The position numbers were made by a program, and so were the translations under genes. A stretch of DNA of 64,000 nucleotides from Octopus vulgaris. Taxonomy: Eukaryota. The stretch is from the NCBI GenBank assembly GCA_951406725.2, contig OX597819.1:92628001-92692000 (forward strand). The letters run 5' to 3'. This document shows, piece after piece, positions 25,343 to 39,756 of this stretch (positions are counted from its first letter, which is position 1; each line of letters starts with the position of its first letter). Below the pieces are notes generated by a model. It was not told the origin of the DNA, searched no databases, and worked only from the letters and a program-made list of their open reading frames with translations.

Positions 25343-25999
25343 CTTGTTTTATTTATATTTCCTGAGCGCCATACTAATACAATTGTTCGTTTGTTTTCCA
25401 CCTGCCTTCGTCTTTTGTTTATTTTCATAAAGCTTCCCGTTATATATATATATATATACATATATATATGTGTGTGTGTGTGTATATGGACATATGTATG
25501 TGTGCGTGTGTCTGTGACTCTAGTTGTCCCCTATCACCCCGTGACGACCAGTGTTGGTGTATTTACGTCTCCTGAACTTAGTGGTGTCGCAAAAGAGAAT
25601 GATGCAATAAGTACTAGGTTTTAAAAATAAGTCCTGGGGCAAATTTTTTCTCCTAAACCCCTTCAAACTGATACTCCAGCTTGGCCGTAGTCAAATGACT
25701 TAAACAAGTAAAAGAATAAATGAAAGCATTCTACTTTTGAAATCATTAATGGTTGGGGAAATAAACTTTAAACTTTTAACTACGAAATCAAATTTCATGG
25801 ACGTTCCAGTAATGAAGTTAAATATTATCCGGAAAATAGAATTGATATTATCTGTAAGTCAGGTTACTTCAATAAACATGAAATGTCTCCAGAGGAAACA
25901 GTTTCAAACATGACATTCCGTGGCAAAAGATGGATAGGTATATAAAACTGTTTTCCGTAGTTAAAAGTAATATCATTTTGACTGGATCTATCTGATTTC

Positions 26000-27560
26000 C
26001 TCAGTAAAATGTTTAACGTTTTATTTCGTTGATGAAGCAAACCTATCGCTCTATCGAAATAGTTATATGCACCTACTGTACCTAGAATATTAAAATGTCA
26101 GGTTGATTTTTAACTACGAACACTTAATTTAAATTCGGAATCAGATAAGATAAGCATTTCTGGAAGTGTATTCAATCTAGGTTAATTTGTAAAAAAAAAA
26201 TACCTTTTGTAATCTCTAATGATAATTAATTTTTGATAGTTTAGATAGAGCAACCGCTTTTGATAAGTTATTTAAATTTTTATTTTAGACTGCGGGAAAG
26301 ATATTAATACTAATTTTGCTAATGATCGTTTTACTGATCAAATTAAAAAAAAAAATTACTTCAGATATAAATTTTGATTACCTTTTAAAATCGAATCCAG
26401 AAAATTCATCAGGTTCAGATGGTATCATTTAACTTTTTAAAAAATCACCAACATTTCTTGCAAAATCTCAGAACTGCTATCGGAAATGTGTAATTTGTAT
26501 TTGTAAAGAGCATCAAAGGTCAGTAGTTAATCTAAACCATATTTATTTTTCTTTAAAAGTGTTCCAATCAGAAATGAAAAATTCTCGTTGCATTAGATTA
26601 CTTCAGAACTACCACAGTTATAAAATCTATGTTTGAAGACAAATTTGCACTTTTTTTAGAAGTAATTTCGATTCACAATTTGGAATCTTACGTAAAAGAT
26701 CAACAGCCATCCGATTTTATAATATGCTTAACTGAACGGACGGAACTTTTAGGTTAAATTTTAAGTTAACACAATGAATTTTCAGATATTTCTAACCATT
26801 ATTTGTATATTTGATAATACGTCTAAGTAAACTATATAATGGAAGTATATATGAATTTGTATATACTAACAATATATACTGAGTTGGCATAATGTTATTT
26901 GAATAATACATCTCAGTTTGTTTGTCTTGTGTAGTACATTTCGGTTTTTCAAATACTAGCTTAATTTCATCTGGAGTTATGCAGGGCAGATTATTAGGAG
27001 CCATTTTGTTGTGATACTAGAAGTTATTTAGAAAGTTATATTTCCCGAATTTATATTTCACGATTTCAAACCTGATTTAGAAATGGAAGATTTACCGATA
27101 ATTATAATACAATGTTTTATAATTACAGAAAGATATTACAAGAAAAATTTCAAATTTTTAGAAATTTTGCCAATCATGACAGATCTTAGTTAAGATGTAT
27201 GAAACTTAGTCTTCCATATCTAAAATAGTTTTCCTTTAACAAAGCAGTTTCAAACATATTTTAAAAGAACTTAAGGCTATCAGAAATCGAATTGGTGTGT
27301 GTAAGAAAATCAATAGTCTATTTCATATTTACCTTTGAATTATTTTCGTTTGTTAGACCCTTAACAAGGAATAAGAGGTAATTTTACAAGCTACCTACTT
27401 TTCATTCTAATTTTAATGTGTGTAAATCATTGTTTTCAATCAGGATCGTTTAACTTTCCAATGAATCCCTAAATGATACAGTTTTTTTGCAGTCTTCACT
27501 ATCTTCTGTCAGATATTGTTTGGACAATCGGACTTCAAAATACTTCAAAATTCTTAGGCG
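26000..27560 (+). pseudogene. Highly decayed CR1/L2-like LINE RT
   Basis: Residual motifs NPENSSGSDGI (~26395, cf. K..GPDGI) and SSGVMQGRLLGAILL (~26970, cf. SGVPQGSVLGPLLF). Boundaries are approximate. Confidence 0.55.
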
Positions 27561-27994
27561 GTAGTCAGTAACCGGTCAAACGTCTTAGCTTGTCTCCTTT
27601 AGATACAATTATCTTTATTGATTAACTTATTGATGAGCATGCCTTCATTTTGTTTTCATTGGTTAATTATTTTAACTATTTTGTTTTCATAACTAGATTG
27701 AAATTTAAAGAAACTTAAATTTCATATCTAATTTTAAGGAACAGTTCTTATTGCTTAGACATTAATCGGCTCTTAATCTATTTAATCATGAAAGTCTTCA
27801 TAGATACTTTATAGCTTATTTCTGACGATGTTTGTAAAGATATAAAGGTACCCACAATACTATATGTTTTATAATTAGTTGTCAATCATAATTATTATAA
27901 ATTTCTTATTCCATTTAATTAAATATTATCGACTTTAATAAATATAAGGATTACGCTTTATTATATATCTTATGTAATAACTTCTATTTTTATA

Positions 27995-28500
27995 CTTTGT
28001 TTCAGTCCTTGGACTGCGGTCATGCTGGATCACTGCCTCGAAAAGTCCAGTCGAATAAACTGACCCCAGTGCATATTTTTTAATGTCTGCTAATTATTAT
28101 ATCGTAATCATTTTTGTTGGGCCGCTAGGTTACAAGGACATAAATATATACGATTATATACACTGTGCTTCCACACAGTTTCTTTCTATGGAACTCTCTC
28201 ATAAAATATTACTTAGCCCGGGTTATAGTAGAAGACATGTTCCGATGTGACACGCGGTGAAACCGAACCAGAAACTACGCGGTTGCAAAATGAGCTTTTG
28301 AACCACACAGCCTTAACGACTAATATACGAGAGTACAATTTTAAACATTGGGTTAGGCAAAAGAGACTGACAGAATAAGTACTAGGCTTATAAAGAATAA
28401 ATCCTGGGAACGATTTCTTTAACTATAAGAAAAGCGGTGCTCCTGCATGTCCACAGTAAAAAGAAAAATGACTGAAACAAGTAAAAGAATAAAAGAATAA
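27995..28500. mobile_element. Decayed SINE copies (32059 family): one minus copy and one plus tail
   Basis: ttgtttcagtc..gactgcggtcatgctgg and atgactgaaacaagtaaaaga tail motifs. Confidence 0.6.
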
Positions 28501-31500
28501 AATAATAAAAGCACCAGAATTTCATATAACATGAACAATTGCCAAGTAATATGATTAAACAACTTTATGTCTGGTAGTGCCTTTCGAATTAACAGTTTTC
28601 AGGTATTTTATTTACATTGAAATGATTTATTTTTTAATGATATCCCTGAGTAAAAGTTATCAATGTGCATCAGCATCCAACAAAAAGTATACAGCACCTT
28701 ATAAACCTGTAAATGATGGGATTTTACGAATTTTTCCATGTAGTTATTTGATAGCGCCGTTCTAAAATTGTCCTAATTATCGTTCTACCAACGGCACAGG
28801 AAGACTATCAAAACTTTCCAAACATATAATCTAGTTCTGTCCCCCCAGACATGAATTTTCTAATTAGAAAATTAAATGTATTCTAGTACCTGAACTATTT
28901 TACAATAGAATTGAGTTGTGTATTATATTTAAAAGTGACTGTTGTTGTTTTTTTCCACTATGTCTAAGTTTTCTAAGGAATAGATACAAGAAAATATTGC
29001 TAAAAATTTTCAGGAACCACTACAAAAACACTTTATTATATCTTGAGAAAATAACTAAGTTTATTTTAATTCCTCTAGGGTTTTGAACACAATTTAACTT
29101 TAATAAAATATGCAATTCGTTTTTCTGTTGTTGATGGGGTGGGGATGTAACCTTCCGATCTATTGAAGTGTTAGCATTCTTCCTCTTTAGTTTTGAAGTT
29201 GAGTAGGAATAAATTTAACCTGCTAGTTTCCTAAAGGCAACTGCAATAACTGCAATTCCCACTTCCTTAACAACAGTTGCTGTATTGGATGATCCTTAAT
29301 TCATTATCATTATAGTTACTTGTAGTATTAAACATGCTACTGTGTCTTAGTAATTATCTCTATGAAAATATATTGTCTAAGACATAGATTAAGGGTAAAC
29401 CGTACGGAGGGAAGTCTGGTTTGATTCCCGATTGAATTATATTATTTCATTTCCTCCTCGTATCAGCGATTTCTGACCGCACATATTACATTAAGAAAGA
29501 GTTACATGGATACTCATCCAATTAAGCTTGTGACATACGATGAGTTCAGTATATAATAATATACATTTTCATTCATTCTGCTAGAATATATTAACAGTTC
29601 GTTGCTTGAGAATCTGCAAGCAATAATAGAAATGCCATTATGGAGACGGAGTAGAAGAATTATCGGTGAGGGGGATTGTGTTTTGCTCTACTTAAAGCGA
29701 CATTTCTAAACCCAATTCAAATATACTCGATATTCGGTAAAATTAGAACCAATTAAATACTGGATTCATCTTAACTGAATATAGTCCAACTCACGCGAGT
29801 CTGACGTCGCATGCTGATGTCAAAGATCATCAGATACTTGGTTGATATTTCTTGTTCCTGGTTTGCAAATGCATATGGTATGTATGTATGTGTGTATGTA
29901 TATATGTATGTACATTGGTACGTTCATCATGGAATAAAAACAGAGCTCAGCGCATACTGTGATATATGTGTTTATTAACAAGCGGAGCTTTATGTTCAAA
30001 TGCTACCGACTCCGACTTTACTTTTCATCCTTTCAAGGTCGATAAAATAAATAACTGTCAATTACCACGGTCGAAGAAATCGCCAATTCTCACCTCTCCC
30101 AAAATTTCAGGCATTGTGCCTCTTGCACCAAAGATTAACAAGCGGAGCTGATCCAGCTTATTTATAAATACTTCATATATATATATACTAAGGAACAACT
30201 GAGATTTTGAATAAAACATGCATTATCTTATGTGTAAGTCAAACAAATAGGACAGTGACACGAGCAGAAACATTAACGAATGAATGCAAGTTATATTTAA
30301 TTAAAACAATCTTTCATCGTCAGCTGCCTTTTGGATAACAATGTGATTTCTACACCTTAATGCAGAATCACTCTTTCCGATTGTTCAAACAGTACAAAAT
30401 ATTATAGACTACAAGTATTCAAGAATACACGCATAAATGTTTTTGCACTCGGAATACAAATCATAAACACATAAATTGTAAATACAAACATATGAAAACA
30501 AAAATATAATTAAATAAGTGTATGGGAATAGATAAACACAAGAGCATACCTTCATTTAAAAGACAGACACTAATATGGTAAAAGAAGGAAATATTAGATA
30601 ATCAATGATTAGTTGTAGATTATATTACGAGGGGAAAATTCGCCCGTCCATCTTGTTTAAACACTCCTTTGTAACAGAACTACATATTTATCGAAAGGAA
30701 ATTCGCGGTCGAAGATAAGATTCCAATTGAGAATTGTTCACCATCAACCAGTGAGTGAGGGAGAAATGTATAAAAGTTAAGGATGATATAAAAAAAGCGA
30801 AAACTCTAATAAAAAGCACTAACATCGCACGTAACGTTTAATATTACATATTATATACTCTTACTAGGCCCATTTAACTAAACCTGTTTATCGTCTTATT
30901 AGTCCCTTTTATTCAAACATGCTCTTAATATTGGCAATATGTGGTATCAGTTTCAAATTTGCAATTTACAACTTAAATGTAAGCTTGAAGTAAATCCAAA
31001 CTTAATTAAAATAGCATTGTATAAATTTAGGCTACAATCAAATTGTTTAATTAATCTTTCCACGATCTAAGTTTAGGCAAACATTCGTTTTATAAGATTA
31101 CTAGTTACTTCTACAAATAAAGTGCATCAGCTGACTATGTTTTACATGTTTTATTACATGCCCAACAAATGCGCTCTAATCTGTATTGATAAGAGTGCAG
31201 CTATCTGCATATGACACAACTGCTAATTTAAAATTAATTCAGCTAGTCTTACTATATATATTATTTACCTCAGTATAATTACAGATTTCAACTGAGATGT
31301 CAAAAGAATTTCATTTACTTCTCTACCAATTCTGCTTGATTCCTAATCCCTGGAATACATATTATACAGTAAATACTCGAAAACATATAACTAAGAACGA
31401 AAATGCCATCTATATAATCTATCAAAATCATTAATTTGCCTGACTAAATCTAAAGTGTTACGGTTTCAATAAAACTGCGCTTGCGCATGTGCACGTATGC

Positions 31501-31730
31501 TTATGTATTTATATTTACATCAGTATATTAACGGTTCTTACTTTCGCACTTGTCTCCTCTTTATGTTCTGAAAAGTTACGGTTCAATAAACAGATTCAGT
31601 AATATGAGTACCAGACTGAACTGAATATTGAGATGATCCTGATTAACTAAAACGAGTGACGGCTATGCCCAAGCATGATTGCTGACTATTGATTGAAACA
31701 AGTATGAGTAAAAAAAAAATACCAAAAGTA

Positions 31731-32040
<310 letters not shown>

Positions 32041-32058
32041 TATATATGTATATACATA

Positions 32059-32462
32059 GGCGCAGGAGTGGCTGTGTGGTAAGTAGCTTGTTTACCAACC
32101 ACATGGTTCCGGGTTCACTCCAACTGCGTGGCACCTTGGGCAAGTGTCTTCTATTATAGCCTCAGGCCAACCACAGATTTGTGAGTGGATTTGGTAGACG
32201 GAAATTGAAAGAAACCCGTCGTATATATGTATATATATATGTGTGTGTATATGTTTCTATGTCTGTATTTGTCTCCCCAATATCGCTTGGCAACCGATGC
32301 TGGAGTGTTTACGTCCCCCTAACTTAGCATTTCGGCAAAAGCGACCGATAGAATAAGTACTAGGCTTACAAAGAATAAGTCCCAGGGTCGATTTGCTCGA
32401 CTAAAGGCGGTGCTCCAGCATGGCCGCAGTCAAATGACTGAAACAAGTAAAAGAGTAAAAGA
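32059..32462 (+). mobile_element. Full-length tRNA-derived SINE with internal microsatellite
   Basis: A box tggctgtgtgg, B box gggttcactcc and tail atgactgaaacaagtaaaaga. Many partial copies in the window. Confidence 0.85.
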
Positions 32463-32508
<46 letters not shown>

Positions 32509-32514
<6 letters not shown>

Positions 32515-32642
32515 TATATAGAAGGAGCTTCTACAGGACTAGAACTGTTTCATTCAAGAGAAATCTTCAGGAAGCTCTTCCTGAAGATTTCTCTTGAATG
32601 AAACAGTTCTAGTCCTGTAGAAGCTCCTTCTATATAATAAAT
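32509..32642. repeat. Perfect palindrome, 66-bp arms with 2-nt spacer
   Basis: 32509-32574 is the exact reverse complement of 32577-32642. Confidence 0.95.
32577..32623 (+). ncRNA. Type I hammerhead ribozyme (identical mirror copy on minus, 32528-32574)
   Basis: cttc CTGAAGA t-ttc-tctt-gaa-t GAAA cag-ttctagtc-ctg TA gaag. Canonical core with a GUA cleavage triplet. Confidence 0.9.
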
Positions 32643-32708
32643 TAATTTTACTCTGCTATGTATTGAGTACCTTATTTACTGTGGTTAACCCCGAATCAAC
32701 CCGGGACC

Positions 32709-32785
<77 letters not shown>

Positions 32786-32889
32786 GTGTATATATATAAT
32801 ATACACCTATATATATCTAAATATTATGTACTTGTGATATTTTTCTGTATTTACCTCCAAACCTTCGTGGGCTATCTGGAGTAAACATT

Positions 32890-33100
32890 ATCTGAGAGAA
32901 ATTTTTCTTTAAGTTGTAGAAATGCTAAGAACATTTTTTTTGGCTGCTATTTCTACTAAGTTCAGTATGTGGCAAAGTAATTTATTTTATTAAGCCCTAA
33001 TTATATAATGTAAAATTTTGAATTCGCCTTAAATGGTCCTTTTACATACTGAACACTTGGTGAAATTGATTAACTAATTAATTTTACCCTCAATTGTTGA
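32890..33100. mobile_element. Partial inverted copy of the 545-bp retrozyme-like family
   Basis: Reverse complement aligns with 58981-59190, spanning the tandem junction. Confidence 0.85.
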
Positions 33101-33594
33101 TATACATACATATATATATATACATATATATGTTTTTGTGCGTGTGTGTGTATAGTCATTAAGCTTTATATTTCCCAAATATTATTACGTAAATTTGTTT
33201 AATAAAAAATGAAATACCACTCTAGTTGGTCGTTAAAAACGTTGCATGTATGATTTACTTTATTATTTGCATTGCATGTCATATTTTACTATGTATTCAC
33301 TAAAGCTAATGAGGGATTCCAGTGCCAATAAGAGCTGGTTTCAACAGTCACTCTGAAAAATCGGAATATCCATATATCGAATTCCAAAAAACTATCTACA
33401 TTAAAAGTTGAAGGTATAGTTGTGTATGTGTCTAAAAGTAAGTAGTCACACACAAGCACACACACACACACACACACACACACAGATACTTCTGTGGAAA
33501 CAGCCTTCTGCTGTCAATAATTTTTGCATTACATAAAACCAGTGAGATTTGTTATAATGAGTGCATTATAACCTCTTTTTATTAAAGCAAAAAT

Positions 33595-33598
<4 letters not shown>

Positions 33599-33635
<37 letters not shown>

Positions 33636-33666
33636 CATAATAATTATTATAATAATAATAATAATA

Positions 33667-33698
<32 letters not shown>
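33599..33698. repeat. (AAT)n/(GAT)n microsatellite
   Basis: Read directly. Confidence 0.95.
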
Positions 33699-36255
33699 AT
33701 TGGTACTTGGATGTTGATTGTCCCCCACAAAAGTTAATAACCAAGTATCAAAGCTTATAATGTGCGGAAAGAGACCCTGTGGGACCTCTGACAGCAGGCA
33801 GCTGTCTGCTCTCACAGAATCTACTAGAACAAAGAAGACCGGAGGTACTGAGCAGTAAAACACTAACAATTATAATAATGCCTATCTCATTCGTATACGT
33901 ATTAATAATACGTTTGAGAATGACAACAAGCTTCCATAATCAGAGAATTAGTAAAAGACATTTGTAACAAAATTTTAACTATAGTTAAAAGAATTGCTGT
34001 TTTGTCATTTCTTTCGCTAATTCTAGCCTTGGAAATAGAACATCATAAATCAGTTTTCGAATAAAGAAAGAAAGAGACTGAACGAGATAAAATTCTTGTT
34101 GTGATCTAACTAACTCCAGCAAATCTTGTTTCTTGCGGGCGCCAATCCATGCAGATTACTAGTGTTGATGAAATTAAAAGATAGAATCGACAGAAATCAT
34201 TACTCAACCAGCGAAGATTAACGAAAATACATCTAAGATGACAAGTAAACTTAGTGAATGTGTTCCATCAGAACAAATAGTATTAGTTGACAACAACACC
34301 TTTAGAAAATCCAGATAAGAGAGAAAGGTACCTGTCGGGTAACGGAGCTGGAAATCGAGGAGCACAAACATTTCCGAAAGTAATTTCCAACGATGAGTTG
34401 GGCTGAATACATACTATATTTGCAATAAAACAAACTAAAAATAGAAACGTGCGTGATTAGCTAGTTGATGTGAGAAAATATATATTTGCTTTTGTTTCAT
34501 TTAATAGCTGGCTTCTCACTTCTATGAATTTCTGTTCCTTTAAACATCGTAGAAATATTTAAAAAATAAGTGAATATTCGGCAAAAAGTTATCAGAGTAC
34601 GAATCTATTGTTCACCTCAAACAATGCTATGTTAACTGGTGAAAGCTGAAATTACGATTTTCACATTTGTCGTCCGTTGAGGTTCAGAGTATTCACGACC
34701 ATACATCACTTTGGAAAAAATATTACAGCTGGATAAAATACTCTACGTTAGAGAGTGGGGACTAGATTTTAGTGACAAAATACACGTTGCTAGTAAAAGA
34801 AGTCACTGGAAATTTGTTCGGAATTATTAATTAGATTTGACTTTACTATCACTCTCTGAATGATCCTTTAATAAAAAAAAATTAAGGTCTTCCAAATATA
34901 TATATGTGTGCGTATGTGTGTGAGTATGTTTGTATTTATGTACATATGTGTGTACGTGTGTGAGTGCCTGTGTGTGGGTTCTGTTTTCTTGCAGCATGAT
35001 TATCACGTCAATGTGTTCTTCGACCGAGCGCCATTTTCGTCTAAAGATTGCTGTAAAGTAAAAAAATAGATTCATTAGAAAATACAATACACTTTAAACC
35101 TATTTCCAAATTTCTTTCATATACAAACTAACTTGTGTGTGTATTTGTATACGTGTATATGAATGGATACATACACTTTAACATTTGTTTGTAGAACTCT
35201 AATATTCATACATCGTAAATATTTTTATATGTCTAAAAGCGTGTATATTGTCTGGATCTGTTCCAATGATCACCTACCTTACCCCGCGGGGACAGTCTGC
35301 AGACATTTTATAACACTATCCAAAACATATGTCATATAACACTGCACTGGAGATAATTTAACTTCCTCACTATGAATCCTCTGTAGGTATCGGTTCTCTT
35401 AGCTGGTATTTGTATTTATTCTGTAGAATTGGAACTTCCAGATTAAAGAGAATGTGACACCATCGTACTCTGTTGCTTGAAAAATTCTCAAAGTTCAACT
35501 GGCCACTTAGTACGGAACACCTCCATTGATATACCTATCGTTTTGTTTGTTATTTTCAAAACTAGTGCGATAAAGTTTTTCATTAATTCATTAATTAAGA
35601 AGTCGTAAAACCTTATGTTCTATGTTGTTCTTTGCAGACTGAAAAAATTGCTACACCGACCGAATATACTTTAGCTATCATCGTTTGCTAACATTCCAGA
35701 TTGAGGTCCTGGAAGAATATAGGCAGGAACAGTCCTTGTAATCAAATATTTAAAGATCGACAAAACAATTATTTACAAGAATATAAGGACATTCTGAAGA
35801 GCTTCAGAACTTCTGGAGGAAATTGGTGAAAAGTTGTTGACAGTGATCTCCGGATAAATGACAAAAAGGAGACAGATTTTGTATATAAGAAGCTCAGGTG
35901 GAGCTAAGTGAAAATTTCAGTAATTCAGAAGAGGTGAAAGAAAATTGAGGCAACCACAGAAGAGACAATGATAATCTTTTAAGAATTGTCAACATGGCAG
36001 TTCTTTAGCGTCAAGGCAACCGTAATTCATTATTCGCATCACAAGATTTCTCTCAGTTACGACCAATATATCGTTAGAGAATTTCTAGAATACATATTGC
36101 AGTATTCCTTCCTTTTGAAGAGAGAAAGTTGACTGCTAATTCTAGGCAGTCAAGCGGTAATAGGGGCTCGAGAGACAGTACTTGTAGCATGCTAGTGAGA
36201 GAATACGTGACAGGTTAGATTACATGGACCTATATATCTATATCTATATATACGA

Positions 36256-36530
36256 CGACGAATGTTCCAGTTGAAATTAACGTGCAATTGGCTGAGCACT
36301 CTACAGGCACGTGTACCCTTAACGTAGTTCTCGGGGGAGATTCAGCATGGCACGGAAGAGACAGTAAGAGAAAGTTGTGATGAAAAAGTACAGCAGGGTT
36401 CACACCTCCACTTGCCGAAGCCTCGTAGAGCTTTAGGTGTTTTCGCTCAATAAACACTCAAAAAGCCCAGTCTGGGAATCGAAACTGCGATCATAAGACC
36501 GCGTGTCCGCTGCCCTAACCACTGGCTCAT
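36256..36530 (-). mobile_element. tRNA(Arg)-like SINE (15488 family)
   Basis: Reverse complement aligns with 15495-15810. Confidence 0.8.
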
Positions 36531-36703
36531 TTCGTGGTTAGCGCCAGTGGTTTTATATATATATAAACACATATACATATATATATACATACATTTATGT
36601 ATGTATATATACATACATATATATGTATATTTGTATGATGTCTGTATGCATGTATATATATATATATGTAAATATATGTACACACACACACACACACATT
36701 ATA

Positions 36704-36745
<42 letters not shown>

Positions 36746-37078
36746 CATACACAACTTTCTATTACTCATACTATCTCTTTCCCCATCGCTATGTGCCTTC
36801 CTAAAGGTGTGTGCGTGCATGTGTTTGTGTGTGAATGTGTTCGCACAAAAGATGAAGTACTTTTGCATTGCGGGTAACTGAGTGTTCATTTTGTGTCAGA
36901 TTCCCAAAAACATCACGAAGGCCTCGCACGTGAGCGGACTCAACCGTATCGAGCCGACAAATGAAAGTTACGAAGTAGAAGCTAAATGAAATGCCAAAAC
37001 CTGTTTTGGAAAACGAGCAGCACGCGCACAAGTTTCCAGGTAGGGAGTTGATTACAACCCTGCAGCGTTAATGAAAGC

Positions 37079-37125
<47 letters not shown>

Positions 37126-37563
37126 TGAAAGCGTATGTATATATATATATATATCCACGCACGCACACACATGAAAAAAATGTCGGTGTTTGTTTATGTT
37201 AGCCGCGTGTTTCTCATCTTCCCTCTTCAATGGCATTCCGGGAAAATGGAGGAAAAAGAAATAAGAATCGCTGAAGTCAGACAACCTCACTTAGCACACA
37301 TTCCGCAAAGTACATGTGTACCGTTACGAAGCAGTTTCCACAGCAATAAACGGAGTCAAGAAGGAACGAATCACGTTAAATCAACACTATTTGTGGATTC
37401 AAATAATTGATGAGAGAAAAACGCTTATAAATCAAAACTGTTAAACAATACGGCTTTAAGGTGTTATTTGTATGCGCCAAACCCTTTCATCATATTATAT
37501 AAATATGTGTGTCGTGTGCGTGTATGTGTGTGTATGTGTGTGTGTGTGTGTGTGCATCCGTTC

Positions 37564-37598
<35 letters not shown>

Positions 37599-37828
37599 TG
37601 TATGTATGTATGTATTATGTATGTATATATGTATGTATATATGTATTTGGGGCTGAAATTTCTCAAGAGGTTAAGTACAAATATCACTTTTTCAATCCTC
37701 AGGTAAGTGTATAATTTGGGCTGTATTTACACTTCATATAAATACTGGAGTGTTTGATCGTACGTCCACCATGCATGTAATACTATTTATCTGAGTGCCT
37801 CTGTATATATATGTGTCTGTGTGTGTAC

Positions 37829-37862
<34 letters not shown>

Positions 37863-37938
37863 CTGTGTGTTTCTGTGTGTCTGTGTATGTGTTTGTGTGT
37901 GTGTGTCTGTGTGTGTGTGTGTGTGTGTAAGTGTGTGT

Positions 37939-38188
37939 GGAGGCGCAATGGCTCAGTGGTTAGGGCAGCGAACTCGCGGTCGTAGGATCGCGGTTTCGAT
38001 TACCAGACCGGGCGTTGTGATTATTTATTGAGCGTAAACACCTAAACCTCTCACTCTTTCTTCTGTTAGCCTGCTCGCCTAGCCAGCGGGGTGGTGTCAT
38101 TTGAAGGCTAAAACAATGTGAAGGGCATTGTGACCAGCGATGTGTAGCAACATCTGTTAGCCTGGTCGGTCACGGTGATCACGGTGAT
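37939..38188 (+). mobile_element. tRNA(Arg)-like SINE with alternative tail
   Basis: Same head as 15488. The tail is shared with 39880-40120 and 47953-48070. Confidence 0.8.
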
Positions 38189-38635
38189 ATATATATATAT
38201 ATGGATCTGTGTGAGTATGTATGTGTGAGTATGTATAAAACTCTAACCCTTTAACCAGTTTCAGCTCGAGAGTTTTGGTCAAGCAGAGGCACACCCGTTA
38301 GCTTTGCTACACCTTCAATAGGTCTCGAAACTCCTCTAATATGTGACATTTGATGAACTAGGGAATTTAATGCTGCTGCTCTCATCTGCGTTTCCTGCTG
38401 CGAAGTAGGCTCATCTGGAATTCTTGATTAGAGAAGACCCAGTTTTATTTTGTAGACGTCAACATCTAGAGGATATTGAAAAGCTGTGCACGCTGTTGCA
38501 GAATGTGGTCCTGTAACTTAATGGCGATGTTGGGATAGTTGGTACCATGCTATGGCGGCGTCGTTTTCTACTGTTTTGTGTAAATTTTTATGCCAGCGTT
38601 TGGTACGCGTCTTTCCACGATATTCCAGATATACG

Positions 38636-38694
<59 letters not shown>

Positions 38695-39156
38695 TTGCAT
38701 ATCACTCAAGAAAATATATACAGTATATAATACGATACAACTGAAAACGATAAGGTGTATATAATATCACAAATGAAAAAGAATTTAAGTTTTGTGTACC
38801 ACTGCTATTTTACTGAACGTTAGGCCTGGTTAGATGTCTGGAGACTTTTGCACCGTGATACAGGTCAACGAAGGCGGAACTACATTCATGAAAACATCAT
38901 CAATATAGAGACACATTACATATAACACGAAATAATTTATTTATTACTAAATTTAATGAAATACATCATTTACATGTTTTTAAATTACGTGACATCTGGA
39001 TTTTTTCATTTTTAAATAAAATTTAATCAAACTATTCTCTGTCATTATATATGTATGTACGTATGTATGCATGCATGTATGTATGTATTATGTATGCATG
39101 TATATATGTATGTATATATGTATGTATGTGTATATATGTATATATATATATGTATG

Positions 39157-39226
<70 letters not shown>

Positions 39227-39324
39227 TAGACATATAGTAACAAAATAATAAATAAAACATATACATATATACATACATATATGTACGTACCTACATCTAT
39301 ATGTATATATACATGCATATATAG

Positions 39325-39745
39325 ATACAGGACACCAAAAAAAACGCCGAACACAATGAGAAACGAAAACATAATAACAGAACAATAGAAACGGACACTT
39401 TTTTAAACAACGAAAAAACAGGGTACAAGACATACAACACAAGGATAATTCCCCTTCTTCAGCCGCCTCCGTTTCGTCTACTCCGTGTTTCGAAGTTAAA
39501 GGCGAGACACGACCTTGGTGAAACGGTCCTTTCCGCAAAGCAAATTAAATAAAATTTGAGATTTTTTGCGGAGGGGTAAAAGTGGTAACAAAAACAGGAC
39601 AGTAAAAAATATAAGACAATACAAATAAAAACAGTAAACGACAGGACAAGTAGAATAACAGTAATACGAACGTTAAGCCGAACGAAAGAAAAATTATTTT
39701 GAACGCGTGAGAACAACGGCATAAGAAAGGGATAGGATGCCGTCT
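39325..39745 (-). mobile_element. Unclassified repeat in TA-rich microsatellite; older inverted copy at ~51440-51720
   Basis: Shared blocks ccctccgcaaa, cgaaa..ggagtaga and CTGA[AT]GAaggg. Confidence 0.55.
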
Positions 39746-39756
39746 ATATATATATA

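Larger units (their letters stand above)
24350..25440 (+). mobile_element. 5'-truncated PLE family B: end of GIY-YIG plus 3' UTR, flanked by (TA)n
   Basis: LQHLSVFGLSLHRGHPDSRLRREQELIFS/RSYTPFGLN is a PLE EN C-terminus. It is followed by a C/T tract, short tandem repeats and a hammerhead. Confidence 0.8.
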
